From contig JBBAFY010000006.1 of the NCBI GenBank assembly GCA_041655135.1, positions 12,242 to 44,241 on the forward strand: 32,000 bases of DNA, written 5' to 3'. Shown piece by piece: positions 1 to 8,742 of this stretch. The notes beneath the pieces are model-generated. The model was given only the letters and a program-made list of their open reading frames with translations. It had not been told where the DNA came from and did no database searches. Origin of the DNA: Tissierellales bacterium. GTDB taxonomy: Bacteria; Bacillota; Clostridia; Tissierellales; Proteiniboraceae. A program made the position numbers and the translations under genes. Position 1 is the stretch's first letter; every line of letters starts with the position of its first letter.

Positions 1-124
1 TTTTTGCAAGATTATGTTTAGAATAAATAAATCTCTGATTAGTTAGTATCCCATGACCATTCTGAACATTAAATGTACCCTTAATTCTGTTGGCAAGACC
101 TTGCATAATAATTTTTTCTTCCAT
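1..124 (-). CDS. N-terminal fragment (41 codons) of a small bacterial PH-domain (YokE-like) protein; the gene runs off the left edge
   Basis: Hand translation from ATG 124..122 gives MEEKIIMQGLANRIKGTFNVQNGHGILTNQRFIYSKHNLAK. A GGAGGT RBS (complement of 131-136) lies 6 nt upstream. The G-x-G-x-LTNxR-hhY pattern is typical of bacterial PH/GRAM-like domains. It is missing from the ORF track because the window truncates it. Confidence 0.4.
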   Translation of the reverse strand, partial: MEEKIIMQGLANRIKGTFNVQNGHGILTNQRFIYSKHNLAK

Positions 125-149
125 ATGAAAACCTCCTTCATATTTGCTT

Positions 150-185
150 CATGTTAGGTGCCTCATGTTAGGTGCCTGGCACCAG
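150..185. repeat. Dyad repeat family A, copy 1: catgttaggtgcct twice in tandem, then ggcacc
   Basis: The 14-nt units at 150-163 and 164-177 are identical. The full dyad GGTGCC-T-GGCACC is at 171-183. Confidence 0.85.
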
Positions 186-266
186 CTTTCTATTACATAA
201 TACATTCTATATAATACAATCTTTTCCTTCTATTTTTCTATCTTAAATACAAATAAAATTTCTCAG

Positions 267-300
267 CACTTTGGTGCCTCACTTTGGTGCCTGGCACCAC
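267..300. repeat. Dyad repeat family A, copy 2: cactttggtgcct twice in tandem, then ggcacc
   Basis: The 13-nt units at 267-279 and 280-292 are identical. The full dyad GGTGCC-T-GGCACC is at 286-298. Confidence 0.85.
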
Positions 301-324
301 AGCACTTCCTGCTGTATTTTTCTA

Positions 325-353
325 TGGAGCTCAAGGAAGAAATATGTTATAAT
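325..353 (+). promoter_or_regulatory. Candidate sigma-A promoter with extended -10 for the deacetylase gene
   Basis: TGtTATAAT at 345-353 is an extended -10. A weak -35, TGGAGC, sits at 325-330 with a 17-nt spacer. The start codon is at 385, preceded by AAGGAGAGG. Confidence 0.35.
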
Positions 354-384
354 TTGTAGTATTATGATATAAGGAGAGGATTGC

Positions 385-1278
385 ATGAAGAAACTAACTT
401 TTTTATTAATTATTTTACTAGTTTTATCTTTTAGTCTTACTAGCTATGGACATGAAGGCTTTAGTAGTGAGCTTACGAAGATAAATGAAAAGTTTTCCCT
501 TCAAAATGAAGAGAACCAAAGACAAAGAAATGAAATATTGAGACTCTTTAATATACTAAGCCCTGAAAAAGCAGAGAGGATTCCTGTTCTTTTATATCAT
601 CACATTCTTAAGGAAGAAGAGATAAAGGAATTTGGATGGGAAAATAACGGAAGTGTCATATCTGAAGAAAGCTTTAAAGAGCAAATGGATTATCTTTATG
701 AAAATGACTACTTCACAGCTACCCTTGACGAGCTACAAGGTTTCTTAGACGGGACTATAGAACTCCCTAAAAAAACAGTGGTCATCACATTCGATGATGG
801 ATATCTAAGTAATGCAGTCTATGCTTATCCGATAATGAAAGAGTACGGATTTAAAGGTGCAATATTTATGAGAGCAGGAATGTCTATACATCCACAAAAA
901 CCATTTAGCCCTGAAAACACACAAGTCATATCCTTAAGTGAAGATCATAAATATAAGGATGTCTTTGAATATGGATGTCATACCTATAACTTACACAACA
1001 AAGATGAAAATAACATGCCACTATTACTTGCACTTTCAAAGGATGAAGTAATAGCAGATTTAAAGAAGAATAAAGAAATTTATAATACTAATTACATAGC
1101 TTTTCCTTATGGCCGATATAACAATAAAACCCTGGAGTATATTAAGGATTTGGGATACGAAATGGGTTTTACTGTGAAGAGTGGGTATGTAAGTAAAGAT
1201 TCAAGTAAGCTAGAGCTTCAAAGAATGGCTATCAGCCCGAATACTACTATTGAAAAGTTTAAAAATATAGTCAAATAG
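385..1278 (+). CDS. Secreted polysaccharide deacetylase family protein (NodB homology domain)
   Basis: N-terminal signal peptide MKKLTFLLIILLVLSFSLTSYG. NodB-type motifs are PVLLYHHI, VVITFDDGY and a later HTYNLH. The RBS AAGGAGAGG lies upstream. Confidence 0.85.
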   Translation: MKKLTFLLIILLVLSFSLTSYGHEGFSSELTKINEKFSLQNEENQRQRNEILRLFNILSPEKAERIPVLLYHHILKEEEIKEFGWENNGSVISEESFKEQMDYLYENDYFTATLDELQGFLDGTIELPKKTVVITFDDGYLSNAVYAYPIMKEYGFKGAIFMRAGMSIHPQKPFSPENTQVISLSEDHKYKDVFEYGCHTYNLHNKDENNMPLLLALSKDEVIADLKKNKEIYNTNYIAFPYGRYNNKTLEYIKDLGYEMGFTVKSGYVSKDSSKLELQRMAISPNTTIEKFKNIVK

Positions 1279-1350
1279 TCGCACTGAGCATCACGTAGAG
1301 CCTCCTGTATTTTGGCTCGCTATAAATAATACAAGGAGACGACATCATTC

Positions 1351-1414
1351 GAAGTTAGGTGCCTGGCACCAATCCATGCCAATCCACAGAAGTTAGGTGC
1401 CTGGCACCAATCCA
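1351..1414. repeat. Dyad repeat family A, copies 3a/3b: a 26-nt unit gaagttaggtgcctggcaccaatcca repeated with a 38-nt period
   Basis: Units 1351-1376 and 1389-1414 are identical. The dyads are at 1358-1370 and 1396-1408. Confidence 0.85.
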
Positions 1415-1424
1415 TATGAACAAA

Positions 1425-1478
1425 AGAGACTATGGTTAGGTTCAAGACTTCTTTCCCTAAACACCATAGCCTCTTTTA
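1425..1478 (+). terminator. Long hairpin plus T-run, probably a bidirectional terminator between the deacetylase gene and the SLH remnant
   Basis: agagactatggt (1425-1436) pairs with accatagcctct (1463-1474) with one mismatch. An inner pairing joins ttagg and cctaa. TTT follows at 1475-1477 and an A-run precedes the stem. Confidence 0.45.
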
Positions 1479-1546
1479 TCTTATTTGTTTTATTCCATTA
1501 GCATCCTTTATCATTTGAATACCCTGTGATGTCATAGTCTGATTTA

Positions 1547-1858
1547 CTAAACCCATCCATTCTTGGTTGTTTTCAGACCATAACAGTTATTATCTTTGGA
1601 TAATTGATAATTGAAAGTACCATCCGCTTTTACTACTATATCACCAGCTTTTGCTAATCTTCTCTCTGATTTTTGATACTCAGTGATTGTGATTGCACCT
1701 TGGGTTTGGTCTATTACTGGTGCTGGTGTTGAGAAGTATACACTTGCTCTTGCAGAAGGCTCTATCATTCTTCTTACTACGGCTGCAGCTTCTCCCCTCT
1801 TTGCAGTAACTTTTGGTGCAAAAGTACCCTTATCATCTGTTCCTGACAATAAACCCAT
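1547..1858 (-). pseudogene. Truncated remnant of an S-layer-homology (SLH) domain protein
   Basis: The ORF begins inside an SLH-like motif (GLLSGTDDKGTFAPKVTAKRGEAAAVVRRMI). An in-frame stop lies 4 codons upstream of the Met, and there is no signal peptide or N-terminal part. Family A repeats flank it at 1351-1414 and 1901-1925. Confidence 0.45.
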
Positions 1859-1900
1859 ACTAAATGCCTATCTGATATAGGCTTGATAGTAAGTTCCCAA

Positions 1901-1925
1901 AAGATTGGTGCCTGGCACCATGCTT
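1901..1925. repeat. Dyad repeat family A, copy 4
   Basis: Sequence aagattGGTGCCTGGCACCatgctt, with the dyad at 1907-1919. It shares the right flank ggcaccatgctt with the degenerate copy at 3151-3175. Confidence 0.8.
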
Positions 1926-1975
1926 TAAAATCAAAAGACTCCTGCTCCATGAAATAATTCCATGTAACAGAAGTC
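1925..1975 (-). terminator. Possible terminator downstream of the lipoprotein gene
   Basis: An imperfect stem pairs gactcctgctccatg (1937-1951) with catgtaacagaagtc (1961-1975). On the minus strand it is followed by cttttgatttt. The stem has three mismatches. Confidence 0.3.
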
Positions 1976-2040
1976 CTAAAACCATATCAAAATTCAGTTC
2001 TTCCCAATATCCAATAACTCAAGTGTCCGGTACTAATCCT

Positions 2041-2946
2041 CTACTTATATCTTTCGAATTTTACACTCCCTAATTGTAAAACAGAACCGTAGACTGATAT
2101 TGTTACATTTGTTTGACCCTTATTGTCTATGAACAGCCTATTGTTATCTTCAGATAGCTTTCCACTCCACGTTATTCCCTCATCACTCCACACTATAGCA
2201 TGTCTGTTTTGAACCATTTCTAGGTATAATTCTTTAGTTTCTTCATTAAATCTGGCTTTCATATATGTAGTTACACCGTTATCGTTTGTATATTTGAAAT
2301 TTTTATTTTTAACTAACCCACTATAGTCTGCATCCCACTTACCAACTATTTCTTTATCTGTCTCAAACCAGTGTGGTCGTCCTCCATTAAACTCAAAGTG
2401 ATATCTTATCTTACCAGATTCTTTAATTAGTATGTCGTTTAATACAACATCATACTCTATATAACCTGTGTTTTCTCCTGTGGATACGAACTCTCCGTTG
2501 TTATATTGAGCATTTAAATAATCTTCCTCAAGTATAAATGACATTTCATATGCTGATGGTGTTTCTAATGGTGTTATTCTGTCAGAAGAACTTCCAAGCA
2601 CCCCATTATATACCCATTTCCCATCTTTTTTAACAAATGCTGTCCACATAATCTTTACTTCTTCGTACCTTGATTTTGATGTATTTATTTCTTGATGTGC
2701 TTTTCTAGCTGTAGGGTATCCTGGCATCTCTGTTGTTACTTTAAAATGGTGCCTATCATAATCTTTACCAGTATCCCTTGAATCCTCTAAATATTCAAAC
2801 TCATATCCTAAAATATCTCCATTGTCTACCTGTTTGTCTAACTCCTGTATCATTTTTTCAGTAGCCTGCTCTTCTGTTATTGGCGAACCACCACAACCTG
2901 TTAATAATAGCACTAACATTAAACTTAATAGTATTACTCTTTTCAT
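2041..2946 (-). CDS. Lipoprotein of unknown function
   Basis: Signal peptide with lipobox MKRVILLSLMLVLLLTGC. No family was recognisable by eye. It is co-directional with the STAND gene and 199 nt downstream of it, with no convincing terminator in between. Confidence 0.7.
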   Translation of the reverse strand: MKRVILLSLMLVLLLTGCGGSPITEEQATEKMIQELDKQVDNGDILGYEFEYLEDSRDTGKDYDRHHFKVTTEMPGYPTARKAHQEINTSKSRYEEVKIMWTAFVKKDGKWVYNGVLGSSSDRITPLETPSAYEMSFILEEDYLNAQYNNGEFVSTGENTGYIEYDVVLNDILIKESGKIRYHFEFNGGRPHWFETDKEIVGKWDADYSGLVKNKNFKYTNDNGVTTYMKARFNEETKELYLEMVQNRHAIVWSDEGITWSGKLSEDNNRLFIDNKGQTNVTISVYGSVLQLGSVKFERYK

Positions 2947-3145
2947 TCTGTCTTACCTACCTTTCATTTTATAGCTGTCTTATTTAATCTTATCTTAGTA
3001 TCAACTATTTCTTCATCAATCTACAAAAATCCTCTTATTTTTCTAATTATTGCTCAGATTTTCTTCTTGCAGCCACTCATTAAACCACGGGTACCGTCCC
3101 CATAGTTTGAATTTCTTGGTAGTACTTGACACCATCGCCTTAGAC

Positions 3146-6100
3146 TTAAAAAGTTAGGTTTTCGGCACCATGCTTCAGTTCCATTTCATAGATATTGCCA
3201 TCGCTCATTATGAGCAGGTTTCCATTGTCTAATACATTATGAAAACTTACTGGAATAGAAAGTATAAGGTTTTCTAGTGTCTTTATATCAATATATATAA
3301 TCCCATCCTGAGTGATTTCAGATATTTTATCGGCTGTAAACTTTTCTTTTAATTCTACTTTCATTTGAGTAATAGTCTGGTGTCCAAGCCTTTGTTCTAG
3401 AACTTCCTTTAGATACTTTGGTTTTATATAGGAAATAGATTTTCTAATGGAACTAGACACTCTGTTATATACGATGATTCCTCCATAGGTTAATATCCAA
3501 ATCTCATTTAAAAGCGCTAGAATTTCCATATCTTCTGCTACTAATTCATCAAGATTTAACCCATGCTCTCCTTCAAACAAACACTCTTTGCTCATCTCAT
3601 CTCTGATATGAAGTACATCCTCAAAAACCCATATTTTAAATGAATAATTAGTATCAAATATTTTAACAGGAGTCCTAGTTTTCAATAGATGTTCAGGATA
3701 ATATTTCTTCACAGTTATAGATTTTGTCAGAATATCTAACGTAAATTCTGACTCTGAAAACTTGTAGGTAATAAACTCCTGATTTTCTTCGATGGCTCTA
3801 CATTCATCTCTTAAAATACCTTCAATATTTACTTCATCAAAAATAGGACAATTCTGCTGGAAGTCCCAGGCATATAAATCGTCTTCTAATAGCCAGATAT
3901 ACACATATTTATAGCATCTTAGATAAGTTATGCGTTCCTTTTTCCTCTCTATGTGTTCGGGCATTTCAATTTTCATACAGTTTAACTTGCCATCAGATAA
4001 ATCCAGAACACAAATGCTCTTAGTGTTCATAAACCATATCTTTCCATCTCCATAACCTCTAATTGCTATGCCTTTGCTTCCATTATCCAACATGTTGTGA
4101 TTAGTCTCATAAATACATCTGTTTTTTTCATAATCCCACACGTGTATCTTATCCCTTAACACCCATATCTTATAATTTTTATATGTATACTCACCTATGA
4201 TGCCATTCTTACCTGCAGGTATAAAATCAGGATGTTCTTTGAACTCAATTTTAAAATTATCAATATGTAGCCTAATATCTCCCTCTGGTGTAAAAATACA
4301 AACTTCATTATCTAATATTTGATATATACGATTATGTCTGCTATGAAATCTTGTTAATCTAAAAGCCTGACCATTTGGTGGCAGAGTAATTTCCCTGCCT
4401 AAGTCTTCTTCAAACAAAGCTGTGGGGTTAAGAGTCATAGGTTGCTGCAATACCTTTATCCTGTTCTTATATACCTCGACAATTATATTATCTAAATATA
4501 TCGAAAATCTTTCCTCAAACTCGAATGTACTGCCTTTAGACGTATTTCTCAATGGCCATCCGAAAAAACCAACATTTTCTTCAGCACTATAAGGTTGAAA
4601 AATATCATTTTCTATGCATTCATGTTTTTGATAATTTTCATTTTTTGTGCGTATACCTTCCTCCCAGCTTCTCATTCCATATTTATCATATGATTCTGTT
4701 AAGCAAATAAATTTATTTCGGTCTTTCTCAAGGTTAGCTATTATCAATAAGTCATCATCAACTTTAAAATAATCTGAAGAATCTCTGCCACCAGTAGTAT
4801 AGCTACATGGAATAGGAAAGCTACATGAAAACTCTTCTCCCTTAAGATACTTTCCCCAAACTCTCATATTATGAAGATCATCATCTATATATATGATATT
4901 TTCATCAACTTCTACTCTTGACACTGCATAAAATCCCTTGGCCTGTGTATGAGAAAGAAGGGAAATCTCCAGTTTACTGCTTTCATTTTCCGTAATAACA
5001 ATATCCTTTGATATAGCTATTTTAGGAATAAAGTCATTGTAATTCAGCTTCCTATATATTTTCTCTTTTATGATTCCTTCTTCTTTGTCAATAATACTCC
5101 AGGAATTTTCAAATTCAAAAACCTGAACCATACCCATATCCTTGCAAGTGCTGTAATAAATCTCACAATCTAGACCATCAAACTCTATAGAGTTGACACA
5201 TTCCTCTGTAAGCATATTCCACATGTCAACACGAGGATACTTACTAGCCCCATCCCTATCCTCTAATTCAACATAAAGATAATTTCCACATATTTTTCTA
5301 CTGTTAAAGGATTCTTCTCTTCCTTTGTAATACTCTTTTATTATTCTGTAAGGCTTTGTCATTTTATGTGTAAGCTTATTATATACTAACAATAATCCTG
5401 CTCTATCACTGATGACCAGAAGCTCTTTAGTGCCTTCCATATGTAATCTTTTTAAGCCATGGGTGTTTTTAATAGTGCAGCCAGACTCATGGATAAGCTC
5501 CATAGTGTTTAAATCCCAAATTTTTAAAGCAGATGGAGCCATTGTAAGTAAATAGCCATCCTTATATGAGTAATAGTTAACACCATTCAACTCTTCTAGC
5601 TTTTTCCCAGACTTCTTATCCCAAAAAATTAGCTGTATATCAACATGCACTTCTTTCTTGGTTTTACCAATAAAGCTCCATTGGTCTTGTCTTTCTTCTT
5701 CACTAATATCCACCTCTTGGCTTAGTGCACTAACTGAAATAATGACATCCTTGTAGCATTCCATATAGAGAATATGATTCCTATGTCCTTTCAATATACA
5801 AAGAAGCTCACCATTGGTCATGTCGTATACTGTAATGTCGTTTTTATCATCTTTTTCTAAATAATAATCCCATCCTAGTGCAATTTTTTTATCTTCTTTT
5901 ACAGTAGTAAACTCCATTCCCCATTTTAGATCTTTTGCTTGCTTATTGACAGATTTGTTTTTCCTATGCATAATTTTATGGGATTCTATTTCTCCGAGTT
6001 CCATATCTATACGATACTTAATAAAGTCGTAATGGCTACCCACACTATAATTTAAGTAATTCCCTTCAAGTGAAAATCGCCCATCATAGTCATGATAATT

Positions 6101-8722
6101 ATTTTTAAACAATATTCTCTCTGACAGCCAAATCCTTTCCTTTAGGTGTATAGAAGGTTTCAAATCCCATATTTCTAAAATTGATACTTCTTCAGATCTG
6201 TTGATAAGTATATATAAGCTATCTTCTATTACCTGCCAATCATGGCAGATATCATATTCCATATATTCATCCTCAGGCTCATCAATAAGGATATTGCTAA
6301 CCTTATTTATATTTTCAGGTTTATGACAATACTCAGATAAAGGCTTTAGCCAAGGAAAGTTCGTTTGTCCCTCTAGGTCCTTTAACAAAGAACTGATTTG
6401 CTGGTTAGTAATCTTTCCTAGCCATAGATATAAAAAGGTGGGTAGCTCCAATACAGATATATCAATGGCATGCTTAGATCTTTCCAATGCATTCTGAAGT
6501 TGAACAATGGCTTCATTCTGCTCACTTATATAATTAAAATCCAGTAGTAGCTCATCAATTCCACAGATTCTAATTTTGTTATATAAAAAACTGTAATTTA
6601 AAAGAATCCTCTCTATTTCGTCGTCTTGACCACTTGCATGAAGATGATAAGTCAGCTCCCTATAGGCAGCTACAGTTTCGGCATTTATCCTATCCTCTTC
6701 ATTGAATTTTAGCTTGTTCCTGTATACCTTTGCTAGACAACTATGGAACTCTTTTTTCTGAGATTGGTATCTTTCCTGTGTTGCCAGCTTAAAACTTTCA
6801 TAAAAATAACTCAATTTCTTGCCATGGTATACAAGATAATCCCTCATCTGTCTGATATATTCGTACATCTTCTCTTTAATTGCTTCATTTTCTGGATCTA
6901 GACCTTTACTAAATCCAATCCCTGCTATGAGCTCCTTAGACTCTAATCCGTTCCTAGAATAAGCCATTAGTCCAAATAGACCCTTAACTATATCTGCATT
7001 ATAAACACCCTTCTCAATATAGTCTGCATCTTCCTCCATCCGTCTAAGTACTTTATTAAATGCACTCTTGCTTGTATCCCCAAAATCATATATCTCCTGT
7101 CTCAAATTATCAAATGATCCATAAATCCTAAGCTCAGATAATAAAATTTTAAGATATAAGGGGTTCTCTGTTGCATCAATTTTCAACAATTCATTTTTAT
7201 CCGTATCACTAAGCTTTTTCAAATAAGTAGCTAAGAACTCGTCAATCAATTGCTCTCTTATATCCAATGAAGAAAAACTATTGAGTTCCATTAGATTGTT
7301 GAATCTGTTTTGAAAACGTAGGAATCCTTTTTCATTATCTAGGGCTTTGCAGCTTATGACCATTTTACTGTCTGCACTAAGTTCATTAGGAATCCAAGCC
7401 ATACTGTCTAGGGTTTCCTCTAGCTCATTTACAGAATCAATCACAATAGTAATCTTGCTTTTTAGACACTTCATTATCTTTTTCCAGAATCTAATTAATT
7501 GCTTTGGCTGATTAATGAGACCAGTTATTGACATATCCATTTCATTTTCTATTTTGTCAGTATCAAAGCAATTACCAGCATGTAATTCTTCTGCAATACT
7601 TGATAACAAATCCTGAGTGCGAATGCTTTTATCCCCAACTCCACAAAAACGGTAGCAGATTCTTTCTCCACGCTCACTCAACAATTTTATAATATTAGCC
7701 ATTAGGACTGTCTTTCCAACACCTGCATTAGCATATACTAAAAGTGGTTGTTTAGATTCCCCACCCACATATTCTAATAACTGTCCTACCTCTTCATTAC
7801 GCCCAACAAACTGATGGAGATTTCTGTGAAGGAATTCTTCCTGCTGGACTAATTCATCATCTCCGCTCATATCCATTTTTTCGCTACAATTCTCAGGAAA
7901 CTCCTTTTCAATTGCCTTAGTCAAACCTTCAAATATATAATCCTTAAGGTCTGTGAAGGCATCATCTTTAATTCTGAAATTAGTTAGCCTTCCCTGACAC
8001 AGGGAGTCTCCAAGCTTGTCCGATTTTAGTTCTGGAGTCCTCTGATTCTTATCAAAATCACAGCAATACTCATTCCATTCATACATTGATTTATGAACTT
8101 GCTCCATTGTACCTAGCTTTAATTGGTTCTTAAATGACTCCAATATCTGATCTTCTTTTTCTGGAGACTGAGCTAAAGCATTAGTATAAATATTTAATAA
8201 TGGACCATAGGAATTAGTCATATCATCCAAATAACTAGAGTTTCTAAATAGAAAAAGAGCATTTCTCACTCTTTTGTGTTTTGTTACTTTACCTGTTTTG
8301 CTATCTTTTATTTCAAATGGGTTTATCAGTGCATGCATTATTTCAAGCTCTGTTACAGAACTTTTTCCTATGGATCCGTCTATATCTACAATCTTCTCAT
8401 AGGTAGAAAGAGCAACGTCCTCCTTTTCTGGCACCCAACCCCTTCTCTGGCCTAGGAAGCAAAGAAAGAAAGGTCTACATTTATCAATATTATCTAGACA
8501 TATTTCAACTACCTTATTGTTTAAGCTGTCCGATTCTTCACTTGTGATTCCCCATCTTAAATCAATATCAACGAGCCGTAGCTTTCTTTCCATGCACCAT
8601 TCTGAAAGTTTAGGAAAAACGCTTTTTATCAAATAATCACGTTCTGCATGCATATCATTAAATGTACTGCTTATAAAAACATAAACATTTTGCCATTTAA
8701 GTGTATTTTTGTGCTCTGCCAT
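3146..8722 (-). CDS. Giant STAND NTPase with DUF4062-like N-terminal domain, NACHT-type P-loop NTPase, helical region and a long degenerate WD40/beta-propeller region
   Basis: GGAGG RBS at 8732-8736, 9 nt before ATG 8722. DUF4062-type N-terminus at aa 13-95: VYVFISSTFNDMHAERDYL...VDIDLRWGI...CRPFFLCFLGQRRGW. Walker A is LLVYANAGVGKTVL (aa 327-340, nt about 7703-7744). The NACHT-like Walker B is ITIVIDSVNELEE (aa 423-435). The helical part contains NPLYLKILLSELRIYGS. From about aa 800 to 1858 there are repeated blade-like units, for example ITVYDMTNGELLCILKGHRNHILYMECYKDVIISVS, KIWDLN, IHVWDYE and LYAWDF. Confidence 0.85.
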   Translation of the reverse strand: MAEHKNTLKWQNVYVFISSTFNDMHAERDYLIKSVFPKLSEWCMERKLRLVDIDLRWGITSEESDSLNNKVVEICLDNIDKCRPFFLCFLGQRRGWVPEKEDVALSTYEKIVDIDGSIGKSSVTELEIMHALINPFEIKDSKTGKVTKHKRVRNALFLFRNSSYLDDMTNSYGPLLNIYTNALAQSPEKEDQILESFKNQLKLGTMEQVHKSMYEWNEYCCDFDKNQRTPELKSDKLGDSLCQGRLTNFRIKDDAFTDLKDYIFEGLTKAIEKEFPENCSEKMDMSGDDELVQQEEFLHRNLHQFVGRNEEVGQLLEYVGGESKQPLLVYANAGVGKTVLMANIIKLLSERGERICYRFCGVGDKSIRTQDLLSSIAEELHAGNCFDTDKIENEMDMSITGLINQPKQLIRFWKKIMKCLKSKITIVIDSVNELEETLDSMAWIPNELSADSKMVISCKALDNEKGFLRFQNRFNNLMELNSFSSLDIREQLIDEFLATYLKKLSDTDKNELLKIDATENPLYLKILLSELRIYGSFDNLRQEIYDFGDTSKSAFNKVLRRMEEDADYIEKGVYNADIVKGLFGLMAYSRNGLESKELIAGIGFSKGLDPENEAIKEKMYEYIRQMRDYLVYHGKKLSYFYESFKLATQERYQSQKKEFHSCLAKVYRNKLKFNEEDRINAETVAAYRELTYHLHASGQDDEIERILLNYSFLYNKIRICGIDELLLDFNYISEQNEAIVQLQNALERSKHAIDISVLELPTFLYLWLGKITNQQISSLLKDLEGQTNFPWLKPLSEYCHKPENINKVSNILIDEPEDEYMEYDICHDWQVIEDSLYILINRSEEVSILEIWDLKPSIHLKERIWLSERILFKNNYHDYDGRFSLEGNYLNYSVGSHYDFIKYRIDMELGEIESHKIMHRKNKSVNKQAKDLKWGMEFTTVKEDKKIALGWDYYLEKDDKNDITVYDMTNGELLCILKGHRNHILYMECYKDVIISVSALSQEVDISEEERQDQWSFIGKTKKEVHVDIQLIFWDKKSGKKLEELNGVNYYSYKDGYLLTMAPSALKIWDLNTMELIHESGCTIKNTHGLKRLHMEGTKELLVISDRAGLLLVYNKLTHKMTKPYRIIKEYYKGREESFNSRKICGNYLYVELEDRDGASKYPRVDMWNMLTEECVNSIEFDGLDCEIYYSTCKDMGMVQVFEFENSWSIIDKEEGIIKEKIYRKLNYNDFIPKIAISKDIVITENESSKLEISLLSHTQAKGFYAVSRVEVDENIIYIDDDLHNMRVWGKYLKGEEFSCSFPIPCSYTTGGRDSSDYFKVDDDLLIIANLEKDRNKFICLTESYDKYGMRSWEEGIRTKNENYQKHECIENDIFQPYSAEENVGFFGWPLRNTSKGSTFEFEERFSIYLDNIIVEVYKNRIKVLQQPMTLNPTALFEEDLGREITLPPNGQAFRLTRFHSRHNRIYQILDNEVCIFTPEGDIRLHIDNFKIEFKEHPDFIPAGKNGIIGEYTYKNYKIWVLRDKIHVWDYEKNRCIYETNHNMLDNGSKGIAIRGYGDGKIWFMNTKSICVLDLSDGKLNCMKIEMPEHIERKKERITYLRCYKYVYIWLLEDDLYAWDFQQNCPIFDEVNIEGILRDECRAIEENQEFITYKFSESEFTLDILTKSITVKKYYPEHLLKTRTPVKIFDTNYSFKIWVFEDVLHIRDEMSKECLFEGEHGLNLDELVAEDMEILALLNEIWILTYGGIIVYNRVSSSIRKSISYIKPKYLKEVLEQRLGHQTITQMKVELKEKFTADKISEITQDGIIYIDIKTLENLILSIPVSFHNVLDNGNLLIMSDGNIYEMELKHGAENLTF
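3151..3175. repeat. Degenerate copy of dyad repeat family A overlapping the 3' end of the STAND gene
   Basis: aagttaggttttcggcaccatgctt compares with aagattggtgcctggcaccatgctt at 1901-1925. It encodes the last residues (HGAENLTF) of the 1858-aa ORF. Confidence 0.6.
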
Positions 8723-8742
8723 TAGAAGCTGCCTCCTTTGAA

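Noticed and set aside
3043-3135. A 30-aa ORF (MVSSTTKKFKLWGRYPWFNEWLQEENLSNN) immediately downstream of the STAND stop
   Set aside because: There is no properly spaced RBS and no recognisable motif. It is most likely chance or a relic of a displaced gene end, and there is not enough support to annotate it.
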